A stretch of DNA of 64,000 bases from Caecitellus pseudoparvulus. Its lineage: Eukaryota; Protista; Bigyra: Bicosoecida. This document shows, piece after piece, positions 53,979 through 64,000 of this stretch. The DNA is taken from assembly GCA_965644315.1 (NCBI GenBank), contig CBFFRQ010000069.1, positions 744,001 through 808,000 of the forward strand, written 5' to 3'. A program made the position numbers and the translations under genes. Each line of letters begins with the position of its first letter. Positions within the stretch are counted from its first letter, which is position 1. Under the pieces are notes generated by a model. It searched no databases, had not been told where the DNA came from, and was given only the letters and a program-made list of their open reading frames with translations.

Positions 53979-54031
53979 ACAGCAGGCAGGGCTGGGCGGG
54001 AAATGCATTGTCCACACTTCACACGGCGCGT

Positions 54032-56087
54032 CTAGCCCGTGGCGGCAGCGGCGGCGGTGCCTGCACCCCCCTCTGCCGCACACTTGGGGCACGCACAGTC
54101 AAAGCCGTAGTGGGCCAGCGCCGCCCTGCGCCCTTGGAAGGAGTCTTCGTTCTCCACGTAGCTCATAAGCAGTGGCTCTCCCTCACCGATGTCCCGTGTC
54201 GCCGTGACTGCCACTCGGCGAGTGAAGAAGGGGTACTCCACCTCCACGTTCGGTTCGCAGGAGTGGTCCATGGTGCTGGCCACGGGCATCAGCGCCATGC
54301 CGCTCATGAAGGGGAACTCCTCTTCCTCATCGCTGTCATCATCGCTCTCCTCCTCCTCTTCTTCGCTCTCTTCACCGGATTCACTCCCCTCCTCCTCCTC
54401 CTCCGCTAGCTCCTCCTCGTGAGCCATCCGGCGCATCTCCCGACGCTGCGCCTTGGCTTCACCGATGGCTTCCCGCGCTGGCCAAAACGCGGCCGCAGCA
54501 GTGGACAGCATGTCAGCTGTCTGGCCCTCCAGAGGCGGTAGCTCGCCCTCCAGCAGCCCCACGTACGAGTGAATAGGGTTCATGATCTGCGGCCGGGAGC
54601 GGCAGTGCGAGCGGGTCGTGGTATGCCGGGCAGTCCAGGCCTGGGTGAAGCGCGACACACCTTCACAGCCATGACATTGAGCTCAAAGGCGCCCATGATG
54701 TCGCCCAGGAAGGGCAGTGAGAAGAGCCTGGCCAGCTCCGCCGGCGGGGGGGCGGGCAGGTCAGCCGGTGCCTGCTCCACGAACACCGCCTTCATGACGG
54801 CCAAGACGTCTGTGCAGGTCTGCTGCATGGCCAGCACCATGGCCTCCTCACTCCACGTGCTGTCTGCCTTTTCCTCTGCAGGCGTGCCGGCCAGGACGAC
54901 GTCCCACCACGGCGCACGGTGCAGGGCGCGATAGGGCAGCACTGCCGAGCTCATGTCCCCGCCATTTGACCGCCATGTGCTGAGGATGTGCGCGTACACC
55001 TTGGCAGCCATGAAAAACACTTCGTTTTCACCTGAGATGCGGGGGGGGGGAAGGGGGTGTGTGGCAGGGCAGGCGCCGCCCCTCGCTACCAGACTCACGC
55101 TGGCAAATGGAGTGCAGCAGCTCCACAGCGTTGATGGACACCAACTCATCGACGGCAGCACCAGCGGGGGCGCTCTCCTGCCCCACCCCTGGCGCCGACG
55201 CGCCCGGCTCCGAGACGGCGGCGGCAGCAGAGGCAGAGGAGGAGGGGGGCAGTGGGGGCGGGGGGACGCTCCCCCCTGCGCCAGCCGCTGGCGCCTGCGA
55301 AGCGCCCGGCCCACCTTCTTCCTGGTCCTCCTCTGCATCTTGCCCTGGGGGTGGCACCATGCCAAGGATGACGGGCGCCACCGCCTCCTCTGGCATGATG
55401 TATGCCACTGGGCACAGCTGCCGGTGGTACTGCTGCCAAGCCTTGCGGCGGCAAGCATCGCCACAGTACTGGGTGTGGCAAAACCAGCAGCCAACTTGCC
55501 CAGGGCAGTAAGGTGAGAGGGGGTCCACGCCAGGCAGGCTGGGGACGGCGTCCGCCTCGGGCAGCAGGCACATGGGCTCTAGCCCAGGCACGCCAGGGGG
55601 GGGCTGCACCGTGGCCAGAGCGCGCACCTGGGACTGGAGGCAGCCGATGAAACGGTGGCACTGTGGGGGAGGGGGGAGACGCAGGTGAGATCCTCGACAC
55701 CGCCTAGGAGGGCACGGGTTGGCGGCGTTCTCGCACATGATCGCAGCATTGAGCCACAGTCTGTGCAGGGAGGTGGGAGGGGGACCCCAGTGAGGCAAGG
55801 CGGCAAAAGCTGGGAGACTTGGAACAAACCTTGTTCTTGTATGTCTGCATGCTCACAAGGGGCACGTCAAACAGCACCGTGTCCCCCTTTGGAACGGGCC
55901 TGCTCGCCAGCATGCGCTTCTGCCCCGTTGCCTCGTCAAACTGCACGGCGAAGCCTTGGTAAGCTGGGGGCAGGCGTGTGCGCAGCGCTGCATAGTACCG
56001 CTCCCCCTCCGCCGTGGGAAGCGGATCGAAGAGGTCACCGCTCTCAGACCCAGAGGGGGCCGATTCGCCTGGGACGGCAGCAGCCAT
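54032..56087 (-). CDS. SMYD-type (split SET plus MYND zinc finger) lysine methyltransferase-like protein, resembling SMYD5
   Basis: KRMLASRPVPKGDTVLFDVPLVS; CCDH|CHRF..CWFCHTQYCGDACRRKAWQQYHRQLC; FELN; DHSCEPN..ATRDIGEGEPLLMSYV..YGFDCACPKC. Several GT..AG introns. Confidence 0.85.
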
Positions 56088-56326
56088 TTTCCGCACGTGG
56101 AGCAATTTCCGCAAGGGCCGGAAAGGGGGGCGATGAAAGGGCTCGGAAGCGCAGATCTGGCTGCAAGGGGCGCCCTGGGGCATTGAAGGGAGTGTTTCAT
56201 ATTTTAAGTTACTCTGTCAATCACGCGTCCTCTCTTTTCTGCTCTACACGAACCTCACTTGCCTCGACGGGCCAGCTTGTGCACCCAAAAGGAGCCGGGC
56301 CCTTCACCTCCCAGCACACCAACGCC

Positions 56327-57412
56327 ATGGCAGCAGCAGCAGCAGCCTTGCCCCGCATTGGATGGATTGGAACGGGTATCATGGGTCGGTGAGTGGGATG
56401 CGGAGGCAGAGCAGCGTGGCGGCTTCAGCAGCCCACGTGTGAGGGCCACCACGCCATGTGCTGCACCGTCGATACGTGCCCTGCAGGTGGATGTGCCAGC
56501 ACCTCATCGAAGCGGGTTACACAGCCACCGTGTACAACCGCACTGTGAGCAAGTGCGACCCCCTCAAGGCGCTGGGGGCGACTGTGCGTTCCGCTCACCG
56601 TGTCAGAGCCGCTGCTGCACCCTGCTTCACTGCGCTGGCCGTGGGCCTCCCTGCTCACTGCTCAGGTAGCCTCCTCGCCAGGAGAGGTAGCTGCTGCGTC
56701 TGACATCGTCTTCTCCATTGTGGGGTACCCTGAGGATGTCAAGCAGGTGTTGCTGGGGCAGGACGGCGCCCTGGCCAAGCTGGCCCCAGGCGGCATTCTT
56801 GTAGACATGACCACCTCCACGCCCAGCCTGGCAGTGGAGGTGGCAGAGGCGGCTACGAAGGCAGGCTGCTTTTCTGTGGATGCACCAGTGTCAGGGGGTG
56901 ATGTGGGGGCCAAGGAAGCACGCCTGGCCATCATGGTGGGGGGCGCCAAAGAAGCCGTCGCGAAGGTGATGCCCATGTTTGAGCTGATGGGGAAGAATAT
57001 CAACCACATGGGCCCTCCGGGAGCCGGCCAGAACACGAAGATGGTGAACCAAATCCTGATTTCCTCCGGCATGATCGCCCTGTGCGAGGCGCTGCTGTAC
57101 GCTCACAAGGCTGGCTTGGACGAGGAGCAGGTCATCAAGGCGGTTTCCACGGGGGCGGCGGGGAGTTGGTCTCTCTCCAACTACGGGCCACGCATCGTGA
57201 ACCGAGACTTTGAGCCGGGTTTCATGGTCAAGCACTACCTTAAGGACCTTGGCATCGCCCTGGATGAAGCCAAGGCCATGAACCTGTCCTTGCCCGGCCT
57301 GGCGTTGGCGAACCAGCTGTACCTTGCCGTCCAGGCGCAGGGTGGTGCGGAGAAGGGCACTCAGGCCCTCATGAAGGCGCTTGAGACACTGAACGCCGTT
57401 GAGCGTGCGTGA
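56327..57412 (+). CDS. 3-hydroxyisobutyrate dehydrogenase-like (beta-hydroxyacid dehydrogenase family, NAD(P)-dependent)
   Basis: RIGWIGTGIMG Rossmann motif, VYNRT, VDMTTS, DAPVSGGDVGA, GAGQNTKMVNQ (catalytic Lys) and FEPGFMVKHYLKDLGIAL. Introns at 56389-56487 and 56584-56666. Confidence 0.92.
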
Positions 57413-57943
57413 GACAAATTCACACCAGTGCACTCTTCCTGGACCCTCTCGCTGTGCTTGTCAATGTCAGAGGGGTGCTGTGCACGCCCAGTGTTCAGGG
57501 AGCCTTGCATCATGGGCAAGACTGCACGCACGCGGCCTGGCGTTGCAGGCACTGCAAGGTCGGTCAGCTTCTCAAAGCGCTCCGCCAGCGTTGCATTCCA
57601 ACCACACTGCGCAAGCAAGGAAATTCAAGGGCTTGCTGTGCGAGAAGAGGTGCTGCCGAGCCTTTCCCCGCCCCTGATGAGAGCTGGCCACTCTGCCTTG
57701 CTGCAGCCTGGCAAAGAAAACGCAGCACCGAGTCAAGCACCGCCCACCACTCCAAGCCGCGGGAAGGCACTTGCATTGGGGCAATCCATGTCTCCTCCAC
57801 ATACTCAACACAAGACTGGTGCCCTTTTTGGACGGACACTTCGCTGTCCACCGACTCCCCGGTCGGTGCGGGAACACGTCACAACGTAAGACCCCTCCAC
57901 GCCCACCTTCGCACGCGCCGCGCCCCACCTCCCTCGCAGCGGA

Positions 57944-58656
57944 TGGCGCGCCTGCGTGCTGCAGCTGTTTTGGCGAGGCAAAGGCGTGAAGGTGCTGCGC
58001 CATCCCTTTGTGGCTCAAGTCCGCCTGCCTCTGGACAGCTGAGCAAGAGGGCCCTGTCGCCGCCTGCTGCCTGTGTCCGAAATCACGCTCCCCCTGAGAA
58101 GGCAGAGCAAGTCATAGACTCCACTTCTACAGAGGCATCTCCTGCAGACCTCCTCATTTCCCTGCATTCCCACACAGTCTCGGGACCTCAGCTAGATGGG
58201 TGGGTGCCGTCATGGCCTGCGGCTGAGCCTGACAAAACACGACCAGAATGGTCCCCAGCGCAGTTGGGTGGCATGCATGGACGGGAGTTCCTGGTGACCG
58301 AGGATGCAGAGGCGCCGCGAGATGCGGACAGGGGCATCAGTGGAGCTCCGCTGACGCAGGAACAAGCCCGTGCATTCCAGGGCTTCAGCCTGCTCTATCT
58401 TGACGCAGGGCAAGGCACTGCCTCAGCTCCATCGCAGGGCAGCCCCAATGCGCGCTTGCCTACCCTCCTCAAGAATCCCAAGGACTCAGCAAAGTCGTCA
58501 CACTTGCTACCCTGCGCACAGAAGAGCATGCTGGGCGGCCAGGCAGTAGCTGATTGGCTGCAGCTGTGCCGTTCGGGAGAGCGGCAAAGCAAGCGCGCCC
58601 GCGCGGAGAGCGTCACTGCCCGTTCTACGCCACGGAAGAGGCGGACCCAGCGATAG
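57944..58656 (+). CDS. Possible hypothetical protein
   Basis: An open frame from the ATG at 57944 ends 20 nt from the convergent GATase stop, with a basic C-terminus. No motif recognised. Confidence 0.35.
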
Positions 58657-58675
58657 AGACCACCCTCTGCACGCA

Positions 58676-59637
58676 TCAGCCCCTGAAGAAGCTTCGCAGA
58701 AATGAGAGCAGCTGTGTGTGCCCTGACACTGTCTCCAGCTGGCTCCTTACGTCTTCAGGAGTCTGGCTCGCCTCATCCAGCTCACCAACAACATCTGGGT
58801 AAATCTTTGCCATCATATCATCAACGTTGAACTCTGGATGACCTTGCAAGGCGATTGCTGTGCAAATGCAGGGCAGACGACAGTGCTGGCTGACTGCTCG
58901 CGGTGTCGGGGAGCCATTCCAACCTCTGTGGCCGACAGAACGCACCTGAATCCCCCACCGAAAACATCTCATGCTCGCAGGACGGAGAACTTGCCAGAAG
59001 GACCGCTTGCTCGGGGAGCTTCAGCACGCAGTCTCCATGTGTTTCCAGCAAGCGGTACTCAGGAGCAGGCGCCTCCTTTGGGCCGTGCCAATGGTGCTCG
59101 GCATCGAAGCCAGGTGCAGTCAGCAAGCTGGGCGTTCCAACTACAGCTTCGGTCTTGAAAACAAACTTTCCATGCGGGTTTGGACCCGATGCACCACCTA
59201 GCGCAACAGCAAGCAGCTGCGCACCGAAGCACACCGCCAGGAGCTTTGGCCTACGGCCACCCTCTGGGAGCTCACCACGAACCACCTTCTGAACAAAGCA
59301 CTGCAAATCCTGCATCCAAGGAGCATCTTCAAGAATCCCATGGTGCGATCCCGTCAAGATGATGCCATGGAAGGTGAACGGGTCAGCTGGGAGCCTCTCT
59401 CCGCGAGCAAGCTGCACCAGCGTCCACTCATCGCCGTCTGCTTGCATCACCTGCGTCCACAGCTGTTCATGTCCCTGCCACTGCGCCTCATCTTCATTGT
59501 CCACAACAACTGTGCGGGAGGGTGGAGGTCAGCATGCCTCTGGTTTGCCTCGCAGGTTAGAGTTTGGCCGTCTGATGCACATCAATTTCCGCAGACCACG
59601 CACGAAATGCCCGCTTTGTAGCATCGTCTGCAGCCAT
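58676..59637 (-). CDS. Class I glutamine amidotransferase-like protein (stand-alone; GMP-synthase/gamma-glutamyl peptidase-like)
   Basis: Splicing gives MAADDATKRAF|LVVDNED. Motifs: GIILTGS, LLAVCFGAQLLAVALGG (nucleophile Cys), ETHGDCV and ALQGHPEF (His-x-Glu). Two introns. Confidence 0.88.
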
Positions 59638-59778
59638 CGTTGCAGGTTACTGGCAAACCTCGAATTGAATTTGGAAGCGTTTCATACCACTGCTGCGTGT
59701 GGGGTGGCTTTTGACCCTCCCTACGTCTCCATGCGTCATGGTCTTGAGCTGGACCACACATCCGTGAAGCGAATGTGC

Positions 59779-60927
59779 TCAGGCCTGCTCCTCCTCAGAG
59801 CTGCTGCCCTCATCTGCACTGCTGTCATCGTCAGAGCTGGAGGAGTCATCACTGCTCTGCGAGGTGCTGGAGGAGGCATCCAGAGGCTGCGCGCCGTGCA
59901 GTGGGACATGCTGCAAGAAGCCTTCCTGGCGAACGTGCCGAATGCACTGCAGGATGATGCTGTTCTCCTTGCGCATCTCGCCTGCAAGGAGCTTGCGCAA
60001 CAGGCTCGTGCGGTGCATGCGAGCAGCTCGACCCCGGCCCCGTCCCCCCCGTGCCGAGTCCCGCTGGTTCCCGAGCCGTGAGCCAGCAGCACCAGCAGTG
60101 GTGTGACTGGCGTCTCTACCGCGAGGATTGGGACGAGCCCGCTTGGCCCCTGGCCGCACTTGGTCCTGACCCGCACCACCACCTTGTGACGCAGAGGCAG
60201 GTGGGGCCTTTTCTGCAACCTGAGTCGCCTTTGCGCTCCCTTCGCAGTCATCACTGTCAGAGTAGTCCACCAAGCCGGCAGGCTGGCTTGGACTGGGCGG
60301 CCGGGGCCTCTTGCTGCTGCCCATGAGCCCCTGGTCGGTCGCGGGCACCACCTCCCCGCGAGCTGCTCGATCACATGCATCCTGCAGCTGGGCAGCCTGG
60401 TTGGCCTTGGTGGGGTACCGCCGCCGCCGCGCCGCGATCCACTTGTCCACCTCCGCCTGGTCATTCCCTACGCTGAACGCGTACCGGTACTTGTGCGGGA
60501 CCAGCTGCATGAGGTTTGCCGGGACTCGCACAGAGTCTGACGCTTGTTGCTTGCTGCCGGACCTCCCACGCCCCTTTGCCGAGCCCCTTCCCCTGCCTGC
60601 CGACGCGGCTTTGGCCAGAGGAGCTGGCTGCTTCCACCCTCGAGCTGGAGCTGTGGGTGCTGCGGTGCCGGCAGCCTGCAAGCCCGGCTGCCAGACACCG
60701 GGGCGAGGCTGGGAGTGGGAGTGTGCAGCCATGGCTGCCTGTGCCGCAGCCAGCGCTGCCTGGCGCTGCTGGGCCAGAGTGCTGCTTGCCGTGGATGGTG
60801 CTGAGTGAGGAGCTTGAGAGTGCGCCAGAACACTCTGGCTTGCGCTCATCGGCGCCTGGTGAGATGGAGCAAAGCCAGGATGTGCATACTGGTATGAAGG
60901 GTAGTAATGGTATTGGTGAGGGTTCAT
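59779..60927 (-). CDS. NUFIP1: NUFIP1/Rsa1-like box C/D snoRNP assembly factor
   Basis: DQAEVDKWIAARRRRYPTKAN (the conserved PEP-like motif) and a C-terminal SLLRKLLAGEMRKENSIILQCIRHVRQEGF. Confidence 0.8.
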   Translation of the reverse strand: MNPHQYHYYPSYQYAHPGFAPSHQAPMSASQSVLAHSQAPHSAPSTASSTLAQQRQAALAAAQAAMAAHSHSQPRPGVWQPGLQAAGTAAPTAPARGWKQPAPLAKAASAGRGRGSAKGRGRSGSKQQASDSVRVPANLMQLVPHKYRYAFSVGNDQAEVDKWIAARRRRYPTKANQAAQLQDACDRAARGEVVPATDQGLMGSSKRPRPPSPSQPAGLVDYSDSDDCEGSAKATQVAEKAPPASASQGGGAGQDQVRPGAKRARPNPRGRDASHTTAGAAGSRLGNQRDSARGGRGRGRAARMHRTSLLRKLLAGEMRKENSIILQCIRHVRQEGFLQHVPLHGAQPLDASSSTSQSSDDSSSSDDDSSADEGSSSEEEQA

Positions 60928-61577
60928 GGTACGAAACAGACCAGCTGAGAGGCGCTGAAAACTCAACGGTGGCAATGCAATTTCCGCAAGAGACACCTGC
61001 CTATGCCTGCGCTACCCCTGGGATCAAGGGCACTTCGTGGCAGGAAAGTAGATCTGTGTGCAATCAGGCGGTGGGTCCGGGTGCAAGCCGCAGCAAGCTG
61101 GGATAGTCTCGTGAATTTGGCTCGCGTGTCGTGTCGCATGCTGTGCAACGGAGCAGCTGCATCGACACGAGGCGCAGGCGTCTGCACTTGCAAGCCCTGG
61201 TCAAATGCCTGGAATCCAAACACATTCACGCGTGATTCCGTTGCAAGGAGCCTTGCCTGCTGCGTCGACTCGACTGCAGCGCCTTGAAGTGACTTCCCTT
61301 GCTGCAGCGTCTGTCGGCGCGTTTCTCCTGAAACGCCACCATTGCCCGCCGCCGCCACTCGTGCTGAACCTGCTGTCTTGCGACTGGAAGCAGCTTCGCG
61401 GCATATCCAGTGGTACACACTAGCGGAGGCAGGTGGTCACCTGAGTCAGGTTCGCCGCGCGTCAGCATACAGCTGCACTTCGTCCACTCGAGTGCGGAGC
61501 GTGCCATTCTTTGCGGCTGCTTAACTGAGCCCCAGAGGCGCTGAGACGGCAGCACACCCACAGGCTTCATTTCGACC

Positions 61578-64000
61578 ATGAGGACCATGCAGCTTCGCCT
61601 GCTGCCAGCCGCACTGCTCGCGGTGTACGTGACGCTTTGTCTGCATCTCCCTTCAGCGCTCTCGTCATCGCCTTGAGTGCTGCTCCAAGACAGCAACGAA
61701 CTGCCCTCGCCATGTGCACTTCGCAGGGTGGCTGTACCCTTAGTTAGAGCACAGTGTCCTGCAGGGTATGAGTGCTCCACGGGCTCAGAGGTTGTGTGCA
61801 CCGCCGGCACATACTCGCTGGAAGGTAAGTCCGCACCCGTTCACACCCAGTCACTGGGCGCTGCTCACAAGTGGCAGGGAGCTCCCTCGCGAGGCCTACC
61901 CGCCATATGGGGTTGATAGGCACATTCTGCGTGCTTTCTGGCTCTTTCGGCCCTGGGCCGCCTTCTTTTCGTGCTGCCCGAGTTGTAACTTCGTTGGTTC
62001 GGACTGCAGCAGAGCCCCCAAAAGGGCGCCATTTACGCTTTGGAATGGTGCCCTGTCTTGTCCGGCGTAGCAGTAGAAGGTGTGCATTTTACATGCATGC
62101 CGTGTGCGCCGATTTTCCTTGTTCTGTGCCCTGACCTGTGGCCGTTGCACGATGTCGCTGTGCGGCGCAAGCATGCACGCTCGCCGCACCCCCCTTGCCG
62201 CAGGAATGGACGCCTGCATCACTTGCCCTGCAGGGGCTTCATGTGGCAGTCTTTCTTCTGCGCCAGTCCCGTGTACTGCAGGCACGTTCTCGCAAGGCGG
62301 TGCCGTGGCCTGCACTGGCTGCCCTGCTGGCCTGTACACTCAGCTCACGGGGCAGGCTGCTTGCCAGCTGTGCCCGGAAGGGCATCAATGCTTCAACCCC
62401 TCGGCGGCCCCCGATGCCTGCCCTGCAGGCACATTTGCGCCTGCTGGCTCATTCCTGTGCCAAGCTTGCCCTGCAGGCAAGTACTCTGACTCCACTGGGT
62501 CTGACGCTTGCACCGTGTGCCCGGCAGGATCACAGTGTGCAGACGCAACGTCCAGCCCGACCTCTTGTACGGCTGGCAGGTACAGCGCCGCCGGGTCCAT
62601 CGCCTGTGCCTTGTGTACATACGGTACACGTTCCTCGTCGGACTTCACGCACTGCGAGCCGTGCCCGGCAGGCAGCGCGTGCTCTGACCCGCTTGTCGCG
62701 CCGGTGGCGTGTGGGGCCGGGTACTACTCCCTGCAAGGCAACGACAATGGGTGCCTTCCTTGTCCAGCAGGGACATTTTGCCCCTCAACTTCCTCCAGCC
62801 CCGTCGCCTGTGCTGAAGGCACCTTCTCCTTGGGAGCCTCTGACAGCTGCACGCCTTGCACGGCTGGCTTTGAGTGCCTGGACCCGGCTTCGCCACCCGT
62901 GGCGTGCCCCAACGGCTTCTATTCAGAAGCGGGTGACATGCGGTGCCGAGTCTGCCCCGCTGGCTTCGCGTGCGCCACCCCGGCCACGTCCCCTGCTCTC
63001 TGTGCACCAGGAACGTATGCACTTGCAGGCTCCACCTCCTGCCAGGCGTGCCCCCCAGGGGAGGCCTGCCCGTCAGCCGCCGTACCACCGCAAGTGTGCC
63101 CTCCTGGTACACACTCTGGCGCATCCGCCACCGCCTGCACGCCGTGCCCAGTGGGCCAGTACTGCCCAGTGCCAGCACAGGCGCCTGTGGACTGCCCAGC
63201 GGGCTCATTCTCCTTGGGTGCGGCGCTCACGTGCACCCCTTGTCCCCCTGGACACTCCTGCGCCACACCAGGAGATGCACCTGTGCCCTGCTCCCCGGGT
63301 ACTTTCGCTACAAGTGGTGCGACTGCCTGCACATCTTGCACCGCTGGGTATTTCTGCCCCAGCACGGGCAACAATCAGCAAGTCGAGTGTCCCCTCGGCA
63401 CATACTCCACTGGAGGGGCTGCTGTGTGCACAGCTTGCCCGTCTGGCCGTGCATGTGCCTCTACTTCATCCTCTACCTCGACAGCATGCCCTCCAGGGCG
63501 CTACTCCGTCGGAGGGCAGGCGTCATGTACACTATGCCCGCCCGGCTACGAGTGCCCTGATGAGCATGGGAATTCTCGAGCGCCTTGCCCGCCTGGGACG
63601 TACTCAGAGGGGGGAGAGGCGTCCTGCATCACATGCCCAGCTGGCTCAGCTTGTCCATTCGTCACATCCTCTGCCAGAATCACGTGTGGTGATGGCTTTT
63701 ACATTTCCCCCGACTCCTCCAAGTGCCTGCAATGCCCGGCTGGCTTCTCATGCTCCTCGGGTGCCCTGGGCACTGCTTGCCCTATCGGCACGTACTCTGT
63801 GGCGGGGCAAGCTAGCTGCACTGACTGCCCTGCGGGGTACCGCTGCTTCTCAACGGATGCCCCTGTGCTGGCTGTTTGCCCTCCGGGCTCGTACTCTGCC
63901 GCAGGCGAAGCAGATTGCACACCCTGCCCAGGCGGCTCTAGCTGTGAGAATCCGGCAGGAACTCCACAAGCGTGCCCTGCGGGCAAGTACGCACCTGAGG
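61578..64000 (+). CDS. Secreted or cell-surface Cys-rich repeat protein (GCC2/GCC3, ephrin-receptor-like repeats); 3' end runs off the window
   Basis: Spliced signal peptide MRTMQLRLLPAALLAV|VAVPLVRAQ, followed by tandem CPAGxxC...CxAG(T/Y/K)(Y/F)S...CxxC units. The exon from 62204 stays open to the end of the window. Confidence 0.85.

Noticed and set aside
57413-57943. Upstream extension of the 415-aa ORF at 57409-58656
   Set aside because: It begins at a GTG overlapping the HIBADH stop and reads like UTR or intergenic sequence. There is no support for coding.
62204-64000. Periodic repeats resembling an array
   Set aside because: The periodicity is at protein level (Cys-rich CPAG units) with divergent codons. 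It is not a CRISPR array or DNA satellite.
1-64000. Prokaryotic operon, defence system, prophage/virophage or transposon
   Set aside because: Genes carry spliceosomal introns and are eukaryote-specific. I saw no integrase, transposase, reverse transcriptase, capsid, terminal repeats or AT-rich viral island.
1-64000. Alternative genetic code or stop-codon readthrough
   Set aside because: All apparent interruptions except the one near 1300 resolve with canonical GT..AG introns, and conserved proteins end at ordinary TGA/TAG stops.

Overview
Gene-dense, GC-rich eukaryotic nuclear DNA using the standard genetic code. Most introns are short (about 65-110 nt) GT..AG spliceosomal introns, usually near the 5' end of genes. 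An axonemal dynein shows the organism is flagellated; the style suggests a heterotrophic protist, perhaps a stramenopile, but that is inference only. About 23 protein-coding genes can be reconstructed by hand-splicing: RELCH-like, ERdj3-like DnaJ, CDC73, a SUT/SLC45-like MFS transporter, an S49 peptidase, a DNAH6-like inner-arm dynein heavy chain, proline iminopeptidase, NDUFA12, AP-1/2 beta-adaptin, a CAMK-group kinase, a CAMKK-like kinase with a PH domain, a SMYD-like protein, a HIBADH-like dehydrogenase, a class I glutamine amidotransferase-like protein, NUFIP1/Rsa1, a Cys-rich GCC2/GCC3-repeat surface protein and several hypotheticals. The standout is one gene at 34867-40607 that joins an apparently intact Set2/ASH1-type AWS-SET-postSET methyltransferase, a Tudor-like domain, a degenerate cyclin T/K-like double cyclin box and a CDK9/12-like pseudokinase. 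It resembles Set2 plus a P-TEFb/CTDK-I module in one polypeptide. A second window-wide signal is AATGCA just downstream of many stop codons, palindromic (AATGCATT) between two convergent gene pairs, a candidate non-canonical polyadenylation element. I saw no rRNA, tRNA, CRISPR array or transposon. All family calls come from motif recognition by eye; no searches were run.
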